A DNA stretch of 44,928 bases, taken from positions 1 to 44,928 of the forward strand of contig CBDDDG010000025.1 of assembly GCA_965226555.1 (NCBI GenBank), given 5' to 3'. This stretch comes from Salinispira sp. Lineage in GTDB: Bacteria; Spirochaetota; Spirochaetia; DSM-27196; Salinispiraceae. Position numbers and translations under genes: made by a program. Under the pieces are notes generated by a model that saw only the letters and a program-made list of their open reading frames with translations, ran no database searches and was not told the DNA's origin. Position 1 is the first letter of the stretch. Every line of letters begins with the position of its first letter. Below, one piece after another: positions 19,193 through 27,337 of this stretch.

Positions 19193-21886
19193 CTACACCG
19201 TTCTGAAGACAATTTCGCTTTCCTCCCGCAGGGCGCGGGTTTTGAAGGTCTGTGCGGCGTTAACCTTGAGCTGCGCGTTGTCGTCAAAACCTTCATCGAG
19301 ACAAATTACCTGCGAGGGCTTGGCTTTGGCCATTTCATTGATAACGGCGAGGTTTAGTTTTTTGTCCAGACAGATGAGCACGGCGCCGCGGTCAATACTG
19401 AAAACATTCTTCCCTGCCATTTTCCGTGTTTCCACCTGCGTGGTAAGCGGAAAGCCGGCCTTCAGCAGGAGTTCATAGAGAATATCTTCCGGCGTGCTGT
19501 CGGCGTTGAGGTATTGCAGATGGTCAAAGAGTTCCTTTTTAATGTTGCTGATTTTTTCGACATTTCCCTCCCACACTCTGAAGTTGGAGGGAGCGAGTTT
19601 GAACACCTTGAAGCCGAGGTCCGGCGCGCCGTGTTCATTCAGGTCGAGCGTGCCGTTTTGTTCTTCCGCTATTTTGTCGGCGGCGCGGCGAATGCGTTCT
19701 TTGGCAATGTCGGCAATGGTTCGGTAGCCTGCTTTGAAGGCTTCAGATTTTTCGTCCACAGGTTCGGGGAGTTGTACCGATATGCAACGCCGTTTGCCAC
19801 CGTCTTCGGCGTTGAGCTGCATGACGGCGTGGGCGGTGGTCGCTGAGCCAGCGAAGAAATCTAAAACTATACTCTCTTCGTCTTCAAACATACCTACACA
19901 TTTTTCGACAATAAATGTAGGTTTTGGGAAATCAAAAATTTCAGAATTGTCAAATAAATCTCTGATTTGATTCCTTCCATTTTGGTAATTCATTTCTTTT
20001 TCATCCCATATTGAACGGGGTTTTTTCCTTACAATTTCACCATTATTAGACAGTAAATAATCTTTTCTAAAAATGTCCCAAAAATCTTCTTTTCCTTGAC
20101 GAGATACATTTTTTCCTATTAGCAAATGCTTATCCTTGTTGAATTTCTCTTTTCCCCAAGTCCAACGACCTTCTTCTCCACTGGGTCTTTGAGGCACAGA
20201 TTTTTTTGTATATATTGAGTCTTTAGTAAGCGATACTTCGCCACTTTCGGGATTAATAAATATTGGGTAATACAGAAGCGGGCGATCTTCCCTTCGCCAT
20301 GCTCCTCCTCGTTGTCTCAATCCTAGTAAACGGTATTTCCTACTTTCATCATTCAACGAATAATCAGAGATTTCATCATGGGTCTTCTCATATCCTATGA
20401 TTTTTAGATTTTCACAATTCCTAGAGTACGCAATGATACTTTCATGTTCTACTGCAATTAATTTACTAGATTGAGAACCTCTGGGGTTTGATTTCACAGT
20501 AAAAGTAGCAACAAAATTTTCTTCGCCAAATATCTCATCGCACAGTTTTTTCAGGTGAGCCTGTTCATGATCATCAATACTAATAAAAATGACCCCGTCC
20601 TCTCGCAGAAGGTTTTTTGCCAGATACAAACGGGGGTACATCATATTGAGCCAGCGGGAATGGTAGCGACCCGATGCATCGGTATTGGTAGAAAATTTCC
20701 GTCCTTCACTATCCTTCTGTCCGGTGTATTCGAGGTAGGTATTGAGCGTTTCGCTGTATGTATCGGGGTAAATAAATTCCTTGCCGGTGTTGTACGGCGG
20801 ATCAATGTAGATCATTTTCACTTTGCCGAAGTACGATTTTTGCAGGAGCTTGAGCACTTCGAGGTTATCGCCTTCAATGAAGAGGTTTTCGCTGTTGTCG
20901 AAATTCACGGATTCATCGCGGGCAGGTTTCAGGGTGGCGATACTCGGCTGCTGAATAATTTTCATGCAGTCTGATTTGCCGGGCCAATTCAATCCAAAGC
21001 GCTCTTTGCCCGGCTCCACCCATTCGCCAAGCGCCCGTTTGAGCTGGTCAAAATTCACGGTGTTTTCACTAAACACCTCGGGGAAAAGCTTTCTGAGCTG
21101 CTCGCGTTTTTCCTGAGCGACATCCATAGATTCCAGCTTCATTTTTTCCGGTTCTGTCATGGTTGATCCTTTGTTGGGTTGTTCTTCTGCCACATGGGGC
21201 ATTTCTGTCAGCTCTTGTTTTTTTGCTTGCCTATGCGCCTCATAGTCCCGCATTGAGCGTATAAAATTGCTCGGCGATTGGAGTACATCGTTCAGCACGT
21301 GTAATTCTATGAGCGACAACAGCAAGGCGCAGGATCGTGCTTGGCAATTAATGGACTTTTTCGGGTTAAACTCTATGTCGGTAAATCCCTTGTAGTGGGA
21401 AAGCGCAGTTCGAATGTATTCGGCGTGCCGATGCAAGGCAGTGAGATACAGCCAATCATAAAAGACCGTTTTCGGCTCCAGCAGCCACCGCATTCCGAAA
21501 TAATTAAAGCCGATTAATTCCCCCGATTCCTTAATTCTCGGATCCTTCTTGGCTTCAACGCTGCTCATTCGGTAAAGGTCGGTGTATGGACCGCCTCCTT
21601 CAAAAACCTTGCTGCCCTGAAAGGCAGATTCAATGCTGATTTTACCAATTTCTGTGGCAATTTTCACATTAAATGCGCTGAGCCGTCGTCCCAAACGTTC
21701 CTCAGATTTTGTAGACACTTCCAGTAAAGGGTCATAGCCTTTCTGTTTTGCTGCATCGTGTAAAGCCGCTATGTTTTTTTTCTTTTGTGCCGGAGAAAAC
21801 CCGGAACTCCATGTAATATCACACAGAATTTCGTCAACCGTATGATCACGTGCAAGAGAAGGGGTGAATATCGGACGACTTGTCAT
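19193..21886 (-). CDS. mod: NADAR (DarG1-type) antitoxin fused in frame to Type III Mod methyltransferase; Mod part starts at 21160
   Basis: N-terminal 242 aa: RPIF, LEVSTKS, LSAFN, ESAFQGSKVF, FYDWLY, FTDIEFNPKKSINCQA. C-terminal: NLFIEGDNLEVLKLL, IDPPYNTG, DFFAGSATT. No stop between them. Confidence 0.9.
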   Translation of the reverse strand: MTSRPIFTPSLARDHTVDEILCDITWSSGFSPAQKKKNIAALHDAAKQKGYDPLLEVSTKSEERLGRRLSAFNVKIATEIGKISIESAFQGSKVFEGGGPYTDLYRMSSVEAKKDPRIKESGELIGFNYFGMRWLLEPKTVFYDWLYLTALHRHAEYIRTALSHYKGFTDIEFNPKKSINCQARSCALLLSLIELHVLNDVLQSPSNFIRSMRDYEAHRQAKKQELTEMPHVAEEQPNKGSTMTEPEKMKLESMDVAQEKREQLRKLFPEVFSENTVNFDQLKRALGEWVEPGKERFGLNWPGKSDCMKIIQQPSIATLKPARDESVNFDNSENLFIEGDNLEVLKLLQKSYFGKVKMIYIDPPYNTGKEFIYPDTYSETLNTYLEYTGQKDSEGRKFSTNTDASGRYHSRWLNMMYPRLYLAKNLLREDGVIFISIDDHEQAHLKKLCDEIFGEENFVATFTVKSNPRGSQSSKLIAVEHESIIAYSRNCENLKIIGYEKTHDEISDYSLNDESRKYRLLGLRQRGGAWRREDRPLLYYPIFINPESGEVSLTKDSIYTKKSVPQRPSGEEGRWTWGKEKFNKDKHLLIGKNVSRQGKEDFWDIFRKDYLLSNNGEIVRKKPRSIWDEKEMNYQNGRNQIRDLFDNSEIFDFPKPTFIVEKCVGMFEDEESIVLDFFAGSATTAHAVMQLNAEDGGKRRCISVQLPEPVDEKSEAFKAGYRTIADIAKERIRRAADKIAEEQNGTLDLNEHGAPDLGFKVFKLAPSNFRVWEGNVEKISNIKKELFDHLQYLNADSTPEDILYELLLKAGFPLTTQVETRKMAGKNVFSIDRGAVLICLDKKLNLAVINEMAKAKPSQVICLDEGFDDNAQLKVNAAQTFKTRALREESEIVFRTV

Positions 21887-22244
21887 ATTTCCAACCAATT
21901 ATTTTATCACAGGGCATACAATCGGGAAACAAAACGCCCGATCCCAGCAGAACAGAAGAATCAATTTTCAACCAAACAGGGTTGGGAATACGTTGGTCTT
22001 GCTTTGCCCAATAGAGCATGGGATGATCATCACAAAATGCTAAATGGACATACCTGTCTACGTTATTCAACATGTCCGCGTTGCGGCTCACGTCATTCCC
22101 CCCCATTCGAGGGGGCTTAATTCCCCGATTTTTCAATTCAGCAAAGGAAAATAGCCCATTGTGCTTTTTTATTACGTCAAGATTGGACTCATCGGTAAAA
22201 TGCCAAACTTCATCAATATTGTATTTTTGAATAGTTTTTTTCAT
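21846..22244 (-). CDS. darT: DarT (DUF4433) DNA ADP-ribosyltransferase, probably internally deleted
   Basis: WHFTDESNL..I...GL.S, YVHLAFCDDHPMLY, WLKID; only 132 aa and no AE-hydrophobic catalytic strand; overlaps the NADAR gene. Confidence 0.8.
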   Translation of the reverse strand: MKKTIQKYNIDEVWHFTDESNLDVIKKHNGLFSFAELKNRGIKPPRMGGNDVSRNADMLNNVDRYVHLAFCDDHPMLYWAKQDQRIPNPVWLKIDSSVLLGSGVLFPDCMPCDKIIGWKYDKSSDIHPFSCT

Positions 22245-22374
22245 GGTTCACCTTTTGAGTTCGTTGCAGAGCAACAACATCATTGTACCTTCCCGTAGTC
22301 TCCTATGTAAACAGAAAAATTATCCGTTTTTTCCAGTTATTCGCAGCCGCTTTTTCGCGGCATTTTTGCCGACA

Positions 22375-22404
22375 ATTCTACCATACACGGGACGTTCCTG
22401 TCAG
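22375..22404 (-). promoter_or_regulatory. sigma70-like promoter upstream of the darT operon
   Basis: CTGACA-N18-TAGAAT with TGn extension. Confidence 0.6.
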
Positions 22405-22424
22405 CCCGGGTTCTTTTGCCTTCC

Positions 22425-22515
22425 TGTTTTGCCTTTTGCATCAATAGCGTTCCGCGCCGTCCGCAATGAGGATGCGGATAGCAGGAATGTCTTCATTGTT
22501 CATAATTGCATATGA
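22425..22515 (-). pseudogene. degenerate single ankyrin-repeat remnant
   Basis: Reads SYAIMNNEDIPAIRILIADGA / NAIDAKGKT with a frame break, resembling the adjacent ankyrin repeats. Confidence 0.6.
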
Positions 22516-22536
22516 GATATTCCTTACAAAGTTTCC

Positions 22537-23934
22537 TTAGTCTGTTTTGCGGAGCTCCTTTCCGCGTTTGGCGCCGAACTCCCTGAGAAGCCGCACCTCG
22601 CTCTCCTTTTTTTGTTTTAGCGCGTGGTCGAGGACTGTCCATCCTTTGTTATCGGTTGCATTCACATCGGCGTCGTCCTCAAGGAGCGTGTACATAATAG
22701 AGGGGTCTTCGGCGTTTTTAGCCGCGATCATGAGAACTGTTAATCCTATACCTTTGATGGAGGCATTCACATTGGCTCCGGCCTTAATGAGCGCGTGAAT
22801 AACAGCGGGGTTCTTATTGCGCACAGCCGCGCCCATGAGGGGTGACATGTCGTTTAAATCAACCGCATTCACATCGGCTCCGGCCTCAATGAGCGCGCGA
22901 ATAACAGAGACCCTTCCATTGCTCGCCGCCCCGCACATGAGGGGTGTTACGTTGTCCGCATTGACCGCATTCACATCGGCTCCGGCCTCAATGAGGGTGT
23001 GGATAAGAGCAGGGGTCTTGGCGTTTGTTGCCGCGCCCATGAGGGCTGTTACGCCGTAGTCATTGATCGCGCTCACATCCGCTCCGGCCTCAATGAGGGC
23101 GCGAACAATGCTAATGTCTCTATTGCCCAGAATTGCATATAAGAGCGCCGTTAATCCAGAAGCGTTAGCCGTATTCACATCGACATTATCCTTCAGGCGG
23201 GCAATTAATTCTGATGTACTCAGGCTATCCCAATCGATATCCATCCACGTTTGTTTCGATTTTTTCATTGATCCCTCCAATTCCTGCCGCAGTTTGCTGT
23301 GCTTCTGCGCGCCATCCTTGGGGAGTTCTTTTCCGCTTTTTGCGCCGTGTTTGGTAAGAAGTTTCTCCGCATATTTCTTTTTTTGCTCCCGCGCGTGGTC
23401 GAGGGCTGTCCGTCCCTTCGCATCGACGGCATTTATATCTGCCCCGCATACAATGAGCGCGCGAATAATGTCGGGATCCGCGTTTGCCGTAATCGCTAAA
23501 ATTAAGGCTGTTAGTCCATTCTCATTGGCGGCATTCACATCGGCTCCCCCCTCAACAATGGCATGGATTATATAGATATTTTTACCGAATACGGCCGCAT
23601 GATCGAGAGCTGACATGCCATGCGAGTCAATAGTGTTTACATCTGCTCCGCAGTCAATGAGGGCGCGAACAATGTCGGGGCCTTCGCTGTTCCCGGACGC
23701 AAGCATAAGAGCTGTTCTGCCATTATCATCACGGGCATTCACATCTCCTCCGGCTTCGAGAATTGCATGGATAATGGTAATGTCTCTCCTATTCAAAATA
23801 GCATACGAGAGCGCCGTTAATCCGACATCGTTAGCCGCATTCACATCGGTCTTTGTCTTCAGAATGTCAATTAATTCTGATGGACTCAGGATATCCCAAT
23901 CGATATCCATCCACTTTTGTTTCGATTTTTTCAT
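22537..23934 (-). CDS. ankyrin repeat protein made of two tandem units
   Basis: About 10 GxTALMxA...LIxxGADVNA repeats; GGAGGG SD before ATG 23934 and again before in-frame ATG 23268. Confidence 0.9.
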   Translation of the reverse strand: MKKSKQKWMDIDWDILSPSELIDILKTKTDVNAANDVGLTALSYAILNRRDITIIHAILEAGGDVNARDDNGRTALMLASGNSEGPDIVRALIDCGADVNTIDSHGMSALDHAAVFGKNIYIIHAIVEGGADVNAANENGLTALILAITANADPDIIRALIVCGADINAVDAKGRTALDHAREQKKKYAEKLLTKHGAKSGKELPKDGAQKHSKLRQELEGSMKKSKQTWMDIDWDSLSTSELIARLKDNVDVNTANASGLTALLYAILGNRDISIVRALIEAGADVSAINDYGVTALMGAATNAKTPALIHTLIEAGADVNAVNADNVTPLMCGAASNGRVSVIRALIEAGADVNAVDLNDMSPLMGAAVRNKNPAVIHALIKAGANVNASIKGIGLTVLMIAAKNAEDPSIMYTLLEDDADVNATDNKGWTVLDHALKQKKESEVRLLREFGAKRGKELRKTD

Positions 23935-24040
23935 TGATCCCTCCAATTCCTGCCGCAGTTTGCTGCGCTTCTGCGCGCCGCTCAACAGGGGAACTCCATG
24001 ATCTGAAGTCCCGTTTGCGCAGGCAATAGTGATGATGCTT

Positions 24041-24069
24041 ATTCTACCATACAGGGAGGCTTTTGTTAG
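24041..24069 (-). promoter_or_regulatory. related promoter cassette upstream of the ankyrin gene
   Basis: CTAACA-N17-TAGAAT; shares TGTATGGTAGAAT with 14083 and 22375. Confidence 0.5.
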
Positions 24070-24106
24070 CCCATGCGTCCCTGTTGAGGCAGATGCGGCT
24101 GCGCTG

Positions 24107-25306
24107 TTACTCTTTGCCGCTTTTCTGCCCGTTTTTTTGGCCGTTTTGCTGAAATGCTCGAATTTCATCCTCGCTCAGCCCGGTAACATCCTGAATGTCA
24201 TGGGCTGAAAATCCTTTGGAAAACATACTGCGGGCATTTTTTCTCCGCTCCTCAATATGTCCCTCCGCGCGACCTTCTTGACGACCTTCTTGACGACCTT
24301 CTTGACGACCTTCTTGACGACCTTCCTGCCGGCCTTCTTGACGGCCTTCCTGCCGGCCTTCTTGACGGCCTTCTTGACGGCCTTCCTGAATCCCTTCCTG
24401 ACGGACTTCCTGCATTTCCCGCCGCATTTCCTTCGTTTCTTCCTGTACTTCCTGCTTGACCTGGGCTTTGACCTCTTTGTAAATTCTCAGTTGCCACGGG
24501 AACAGTATTTCTATTCCTTCTTTTGTAATCATATTAATTACCTCCTTCATAGTGTAATCGTTAACGTTCGTCTCTGAGATGTGTGTATTATAGAGCACAT
24601 CGCTCATAATTAACAAGGACTCCTTCACCTTTTCGCCAGTATCATGCTGGAGAATTTTCAAAAGATGCTTCGTGAATTCAGCGCAATTATCCTCATTCTT
24701 CAAATCTTTGTTGTAGCGCGCAAGGTAAAAATAGGCAGCCACACGACCGTGGAACTGCAGTATCTTCTCATGCGGGAGCCTATGCACATCAATAACAGGA
24801 TACTCAAAGAATTGGCGATATGTACTCGGGGGGCTATCTACCAGCGTGTCTTCCGTCGCGTTCTGCGGCCATTTCCGTATTCCCGTGTACAGAACAATGG
24901 GGTATACCCAATGATGTTGGTACGTTTTCGAATTGCGGATAGCGCGCTTGAGCATATCGGTATATTCGAATAGGCGCCTGCTCATGGAATAATCGACGGT
25001 CGATTGATGTTCCAGAATGATATAGACCGTTTTCTCTTCCTTCCCGTAGCGGAAGGAAATTTTCGCAACGATATCCGATATTTTGCGCATGAGCTTCGTC
25101 AGCTTCTTGCCTCCGAGCTCCCGAGCGATGAATTCATTGCTCACAATCGTAATGTTCTCAGGGCGAATAGAGGTGATCCAGTCATCATCGACAAATTGCA
25201 GCAGTTGATATATGGATTCCGCATCGCCAAACAAGAACTTATGAGTTTCATCCCATTGTTTTCGCGGCTTTTGATGAGCCGCCTGACTCCGTTTCTTTTT
25301 CTTCAT
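24107..25306 (-). CDS. Rpn family nuclease/putative transposase (copy 2)
   Basis: WDETHKFLF, SDIV...ILEHQSTVDYSM, YPIVLYTG; QEGR repeats; ARSM..G......VTGLS. Start codon uncertain. Confidence 0.9.
   Translation of the reverse strand: MKKKKRSQAAHQKPRKQWDETHKFLFGDAESIYQLLQFVDDDWITSIRPENITIVSNEFIARELGGKKLTKLMRKISDIVAKISFRYGKEEKTVYIILEHQSTVDYSMSRRLFEYTDMLKRAIRNSKTYQHHWVYPIVLYTGIRKWPQNATEDTLVDSPPSTYRQFFEYPVIDVHRLPHEKILQFHGRVAAYFYLARYNKDLKNEDNCAEFTKHLLKILQHDTGEKVKESLLIMSDVLYNTHISETNVNDYTMKEVINMITKEGIEILFPWQLRIYKEVKAQVKQEVQEETKEMRREMQEVRQEGIQEGRQEGRQEGRQEGRQEGRQEGRQEGRQEGRQEGRQEGRAEGHIEERRKNARSMFSKGFSAHDIQDVTGLSEDEIRAFQQNGQKNGQKSGKE
24269..24412 (-). repeat. 12-bp coding tandem repeat (QEVR, QEGI, 10x QEGR)
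   Basis: 12 units counted; the paralog has 6 comparable units at 31236-31307. Confidence 0.9.
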
Positions 25307-25402
25307 ATACTGATAACGGAGGAAATGTTCGTGAGGATTGAGTTTTTGCAAAAAAAGTTTGAAAAATGTAAAAATTTCTATTTTTTCGAGATTTTATTAT
25401 GT

Positions 25403-25436
25403 GACCAGCCCCTATTGCTGGGACTGGGGGCTGGTC
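25403..25436. other. GC-rich stem-loop downstream of lipoprotein 1
   Basis: GACCAGCCCC...GGGGCTGGTC; conserved at 32404-32437; no U-tract on the coding strand. Confidence 0.55.
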
Positions 25437-25456
25437 GGCGCTCCTCCGGCATTCGC

Positions 25457-27097
25457 TTATTCTGCCTTGGGGGGGCGGGCTCCGGTTGCCATATCGTAGG
25501 CGTAGATATAGTCATTGGTAGTATCCGTCACTAACATCGTTCCCCCGTATGCCCAGATCCCATAGGGGGCCGCATTCTCGTCAGCAAGAGTCAACACTTT
25601 TGAATTGCCGGTCACGCTGATATCGCCGTCGCTGGCTATCGTGTAGTCATAACCATAGATTTTTATTCCATTGAAACCTTGCAGCACCCACATCGTGCCC
25701 TCATCAGAGCAGATGCTATAGGTTCCAGCATCATTATTCGCAGCATTAAGCGGCAAATCCTTGCCCGTATCGCGTGATCTATCACTCATCTTGTAGGCAT
25801 ATATTGTATCTGCAGCGCTAGCCGTGTCTCCCACCCACATCGTTGTCCCATCCGACCACATACCAGAGGGGGTATCATTATCATCACTCGTAGTGAAATC
25901 CTTTCCCGAATCGCGCGCCTTAGTTTCCATGTTGTAGGCATAGAGTTTGCGATCGCTCCAATCTGATACCCACATTGTTGTCCCATCCGCCCAGATGCCG
26001 TAGAGTATATTACCCCCGACAGTAAGCGTGATGTCTTTTGACTCATCTCGCGACTTGTCGCTCATGTTGTAGGCATAGATTTTTTTATCGTTAGTATCCA
26101 GCACCCACATCGTTGTTCCATCCGACCAGAGGTCATTGGGATAATCATTCACGTTTGGAAAATCGTCTTTATAAACACCTTCATGGTTATATCCGTCTCT
26201 CTTGAATCCCTTTCGGTCATAGCCGAATCGGTTATATTCCGTGCCGGTGTAGCGGTCATTTCCTTCGGCGTCAAAGCCGTCTACGTCATACCCTTCTGAT
26301 GTGTAACCATCTTTGTCATACCCGTCTGATGTATAGCCGTATTTGTCATAACCATCTGTGTCGTACGGTATGCCAGTATCCTTATGAATGCCATCGGCAT
26401 TAAAGCCGGATGGGTCGTATTGCGTGCCCGTCTCCCGGTGATCGCCATCAGCGTTAAAACCGTCTTCGTCATAGCCGTCCGTGTCGTAACCGTACCGGTC
26501 GTATTTTTTGCCGGTGTCGCGGTGAACGCCAGCGGTATTAAAGCCCTCTCTGTTATACCCGGTCGAGTCATAGCCATCTTTGTCATATCCGTCTGATGTA
26601 TAGCCGTATTTGTCATAACCATCCGGGGCGTATGGCGTGCCAGTGTCCCGGTGAATGCCAGAGGCGTTAAAGCCGTCTGCGTCATATCCGTCCTTGTCAT
26701 AGCCATTGGCGTTAAAGCCATCCGCGTTGTAACCAGCTACATTATAGCCGTCCGGGTCGTAGTGCGTGCCGGTGTCTTGATGAATGCCGGCATCATTGAA
26801 TCCTCTTGCATCGTACATTTCACAGGCCGTGAGAATTAATATCAGGGTAAAAATGAAAACAAGCCCCCGCAGCAGACGCGGGTGGTGAAACTGGTTCCGC
26901 CGGTTTAGGCTATGCGTGGATGTCCGGCGTGGATGTCCGGCGTGGATGTCCGGCGTGGATGTCCGGCGTGGATGTCCGGCGTGGATGTCCGGCGTGGATG
27001 TCCGGCGTGGATGTCCGGCGTGGATGTCCGGCGTGGATGTCCGGCGTGGATGTCCGGCGTGGATGTCCGGCTCGGGTTGATTGTTATAATTTATCAT
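25457..27097 (-). CDS. putative surface lipoprotein with GY/FDxxG repeats and WSDGTTMWV (beta-propeller-like) repeats, copy 1, in frame
   Basis: AGGAG SD + ATG 27097; hydrophobic LVFIFTLILILTA-C lipobox; repeats visible in translation. Confidence 0.8.
   Translation of the reverse strand: MINYNNQPEPDIHAGHPRRTSTPDIHAGHPRRTSTPDIHAGHPRRTSTPDIHAGHPRRTSTHSLNRRNQFHHPRLLRGLVFIFTLILILTACEMYDARGFNDAGIHQDTGTHYDPDGYNVAGYNADGFNANGYDKDGYDADGFNASGIHRDTGTPYAPDGYDKYGYTSDGYDKDGYDSTGYNREGFNTAGVHRDTGKKYDRYGYDTDGYDEDGFNADGDHRETGTQYDPSGFNADGIHKDTGIPYDTDGYDKYGYTSDGYDKDGYTSEGYDVDGFDAEGNDRYTGTEYNRFGYDRKGFKRDGYNHEGVYKDDFPNVNDYPNDLWSDGTTMWVLDTNDKKIYAYNMSDKSRDESKDITLTVGGNILYGIWADGTTMWVSDWSDRKLYAYNMETKARDSGKDFTTSDDNDTPSGMWSDGTTMWVGDTASAADTIYAYKMSDRSRDTGKDLPLNAANNDAGTYSICSDEGTMWVLQGFNGIKIYGYDYTIASDGDISVTGNSKVLTLADENAAPYGIWAYGGTMLVTDTTNDYIYAYDMATGARPPKAE
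26914..27069. repeat. 13-bp perfect tandem repeat x12 (GCGTGGATGTCCG)
   Basis: 156 bp = 12 x 13, between start codon and signal-peptide h-region. Confidence 0.95.
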
Positions 27098-27115
27098 CAA
27101 AAACTCCTATTATCA

Positions 27116-27144
27116 ATAATAATTGAAAGCATTGAGTATGTCAA
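27116..27144 (-). promoter_or_regulatory. sigma70 promoter of lipoprotein 1
   Basis: TTGACA-N17-TATTAT, ending about 18 nt upstream of the ATG. Confidence 0.75.
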
Positions 27145-27337
27145 GCATATTTCCGAAAATTTTTGGGAAACTTTTGCATTTTGCAAAACTTTTTTTTATA
27201 ATCCCACATTGGCAATATCCTCAATTTTTCTCATGTGGAATGCTTTCTATGTGCTGAGCATTCCCGCATTTTACGGATGATCGGCAAAGAGTGCAGGGAG
27301 CCTCAGAGATAAACGCAAGGATCGCAAGGAGTTGTGT

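Noticed and set aside
19193..21160. Phase-variable mod (phasevarion)
   Set aside because: No simple-sequence repeat tract seen in or before mod
23935..24168. N-terminal extension of the ankyrin ORF in the ORF track
   Set aside because: Overlaps the rpn 3' end and crosses the promoter cassette; the SD supports ATG 23934
26914..27069. Possible CRISPR array
   Set aside because: Perfect head-to-tail 13-bp units with no spacers; same for 33796-33886. Any real array would be expected beyond cas1/cas2, outside the window
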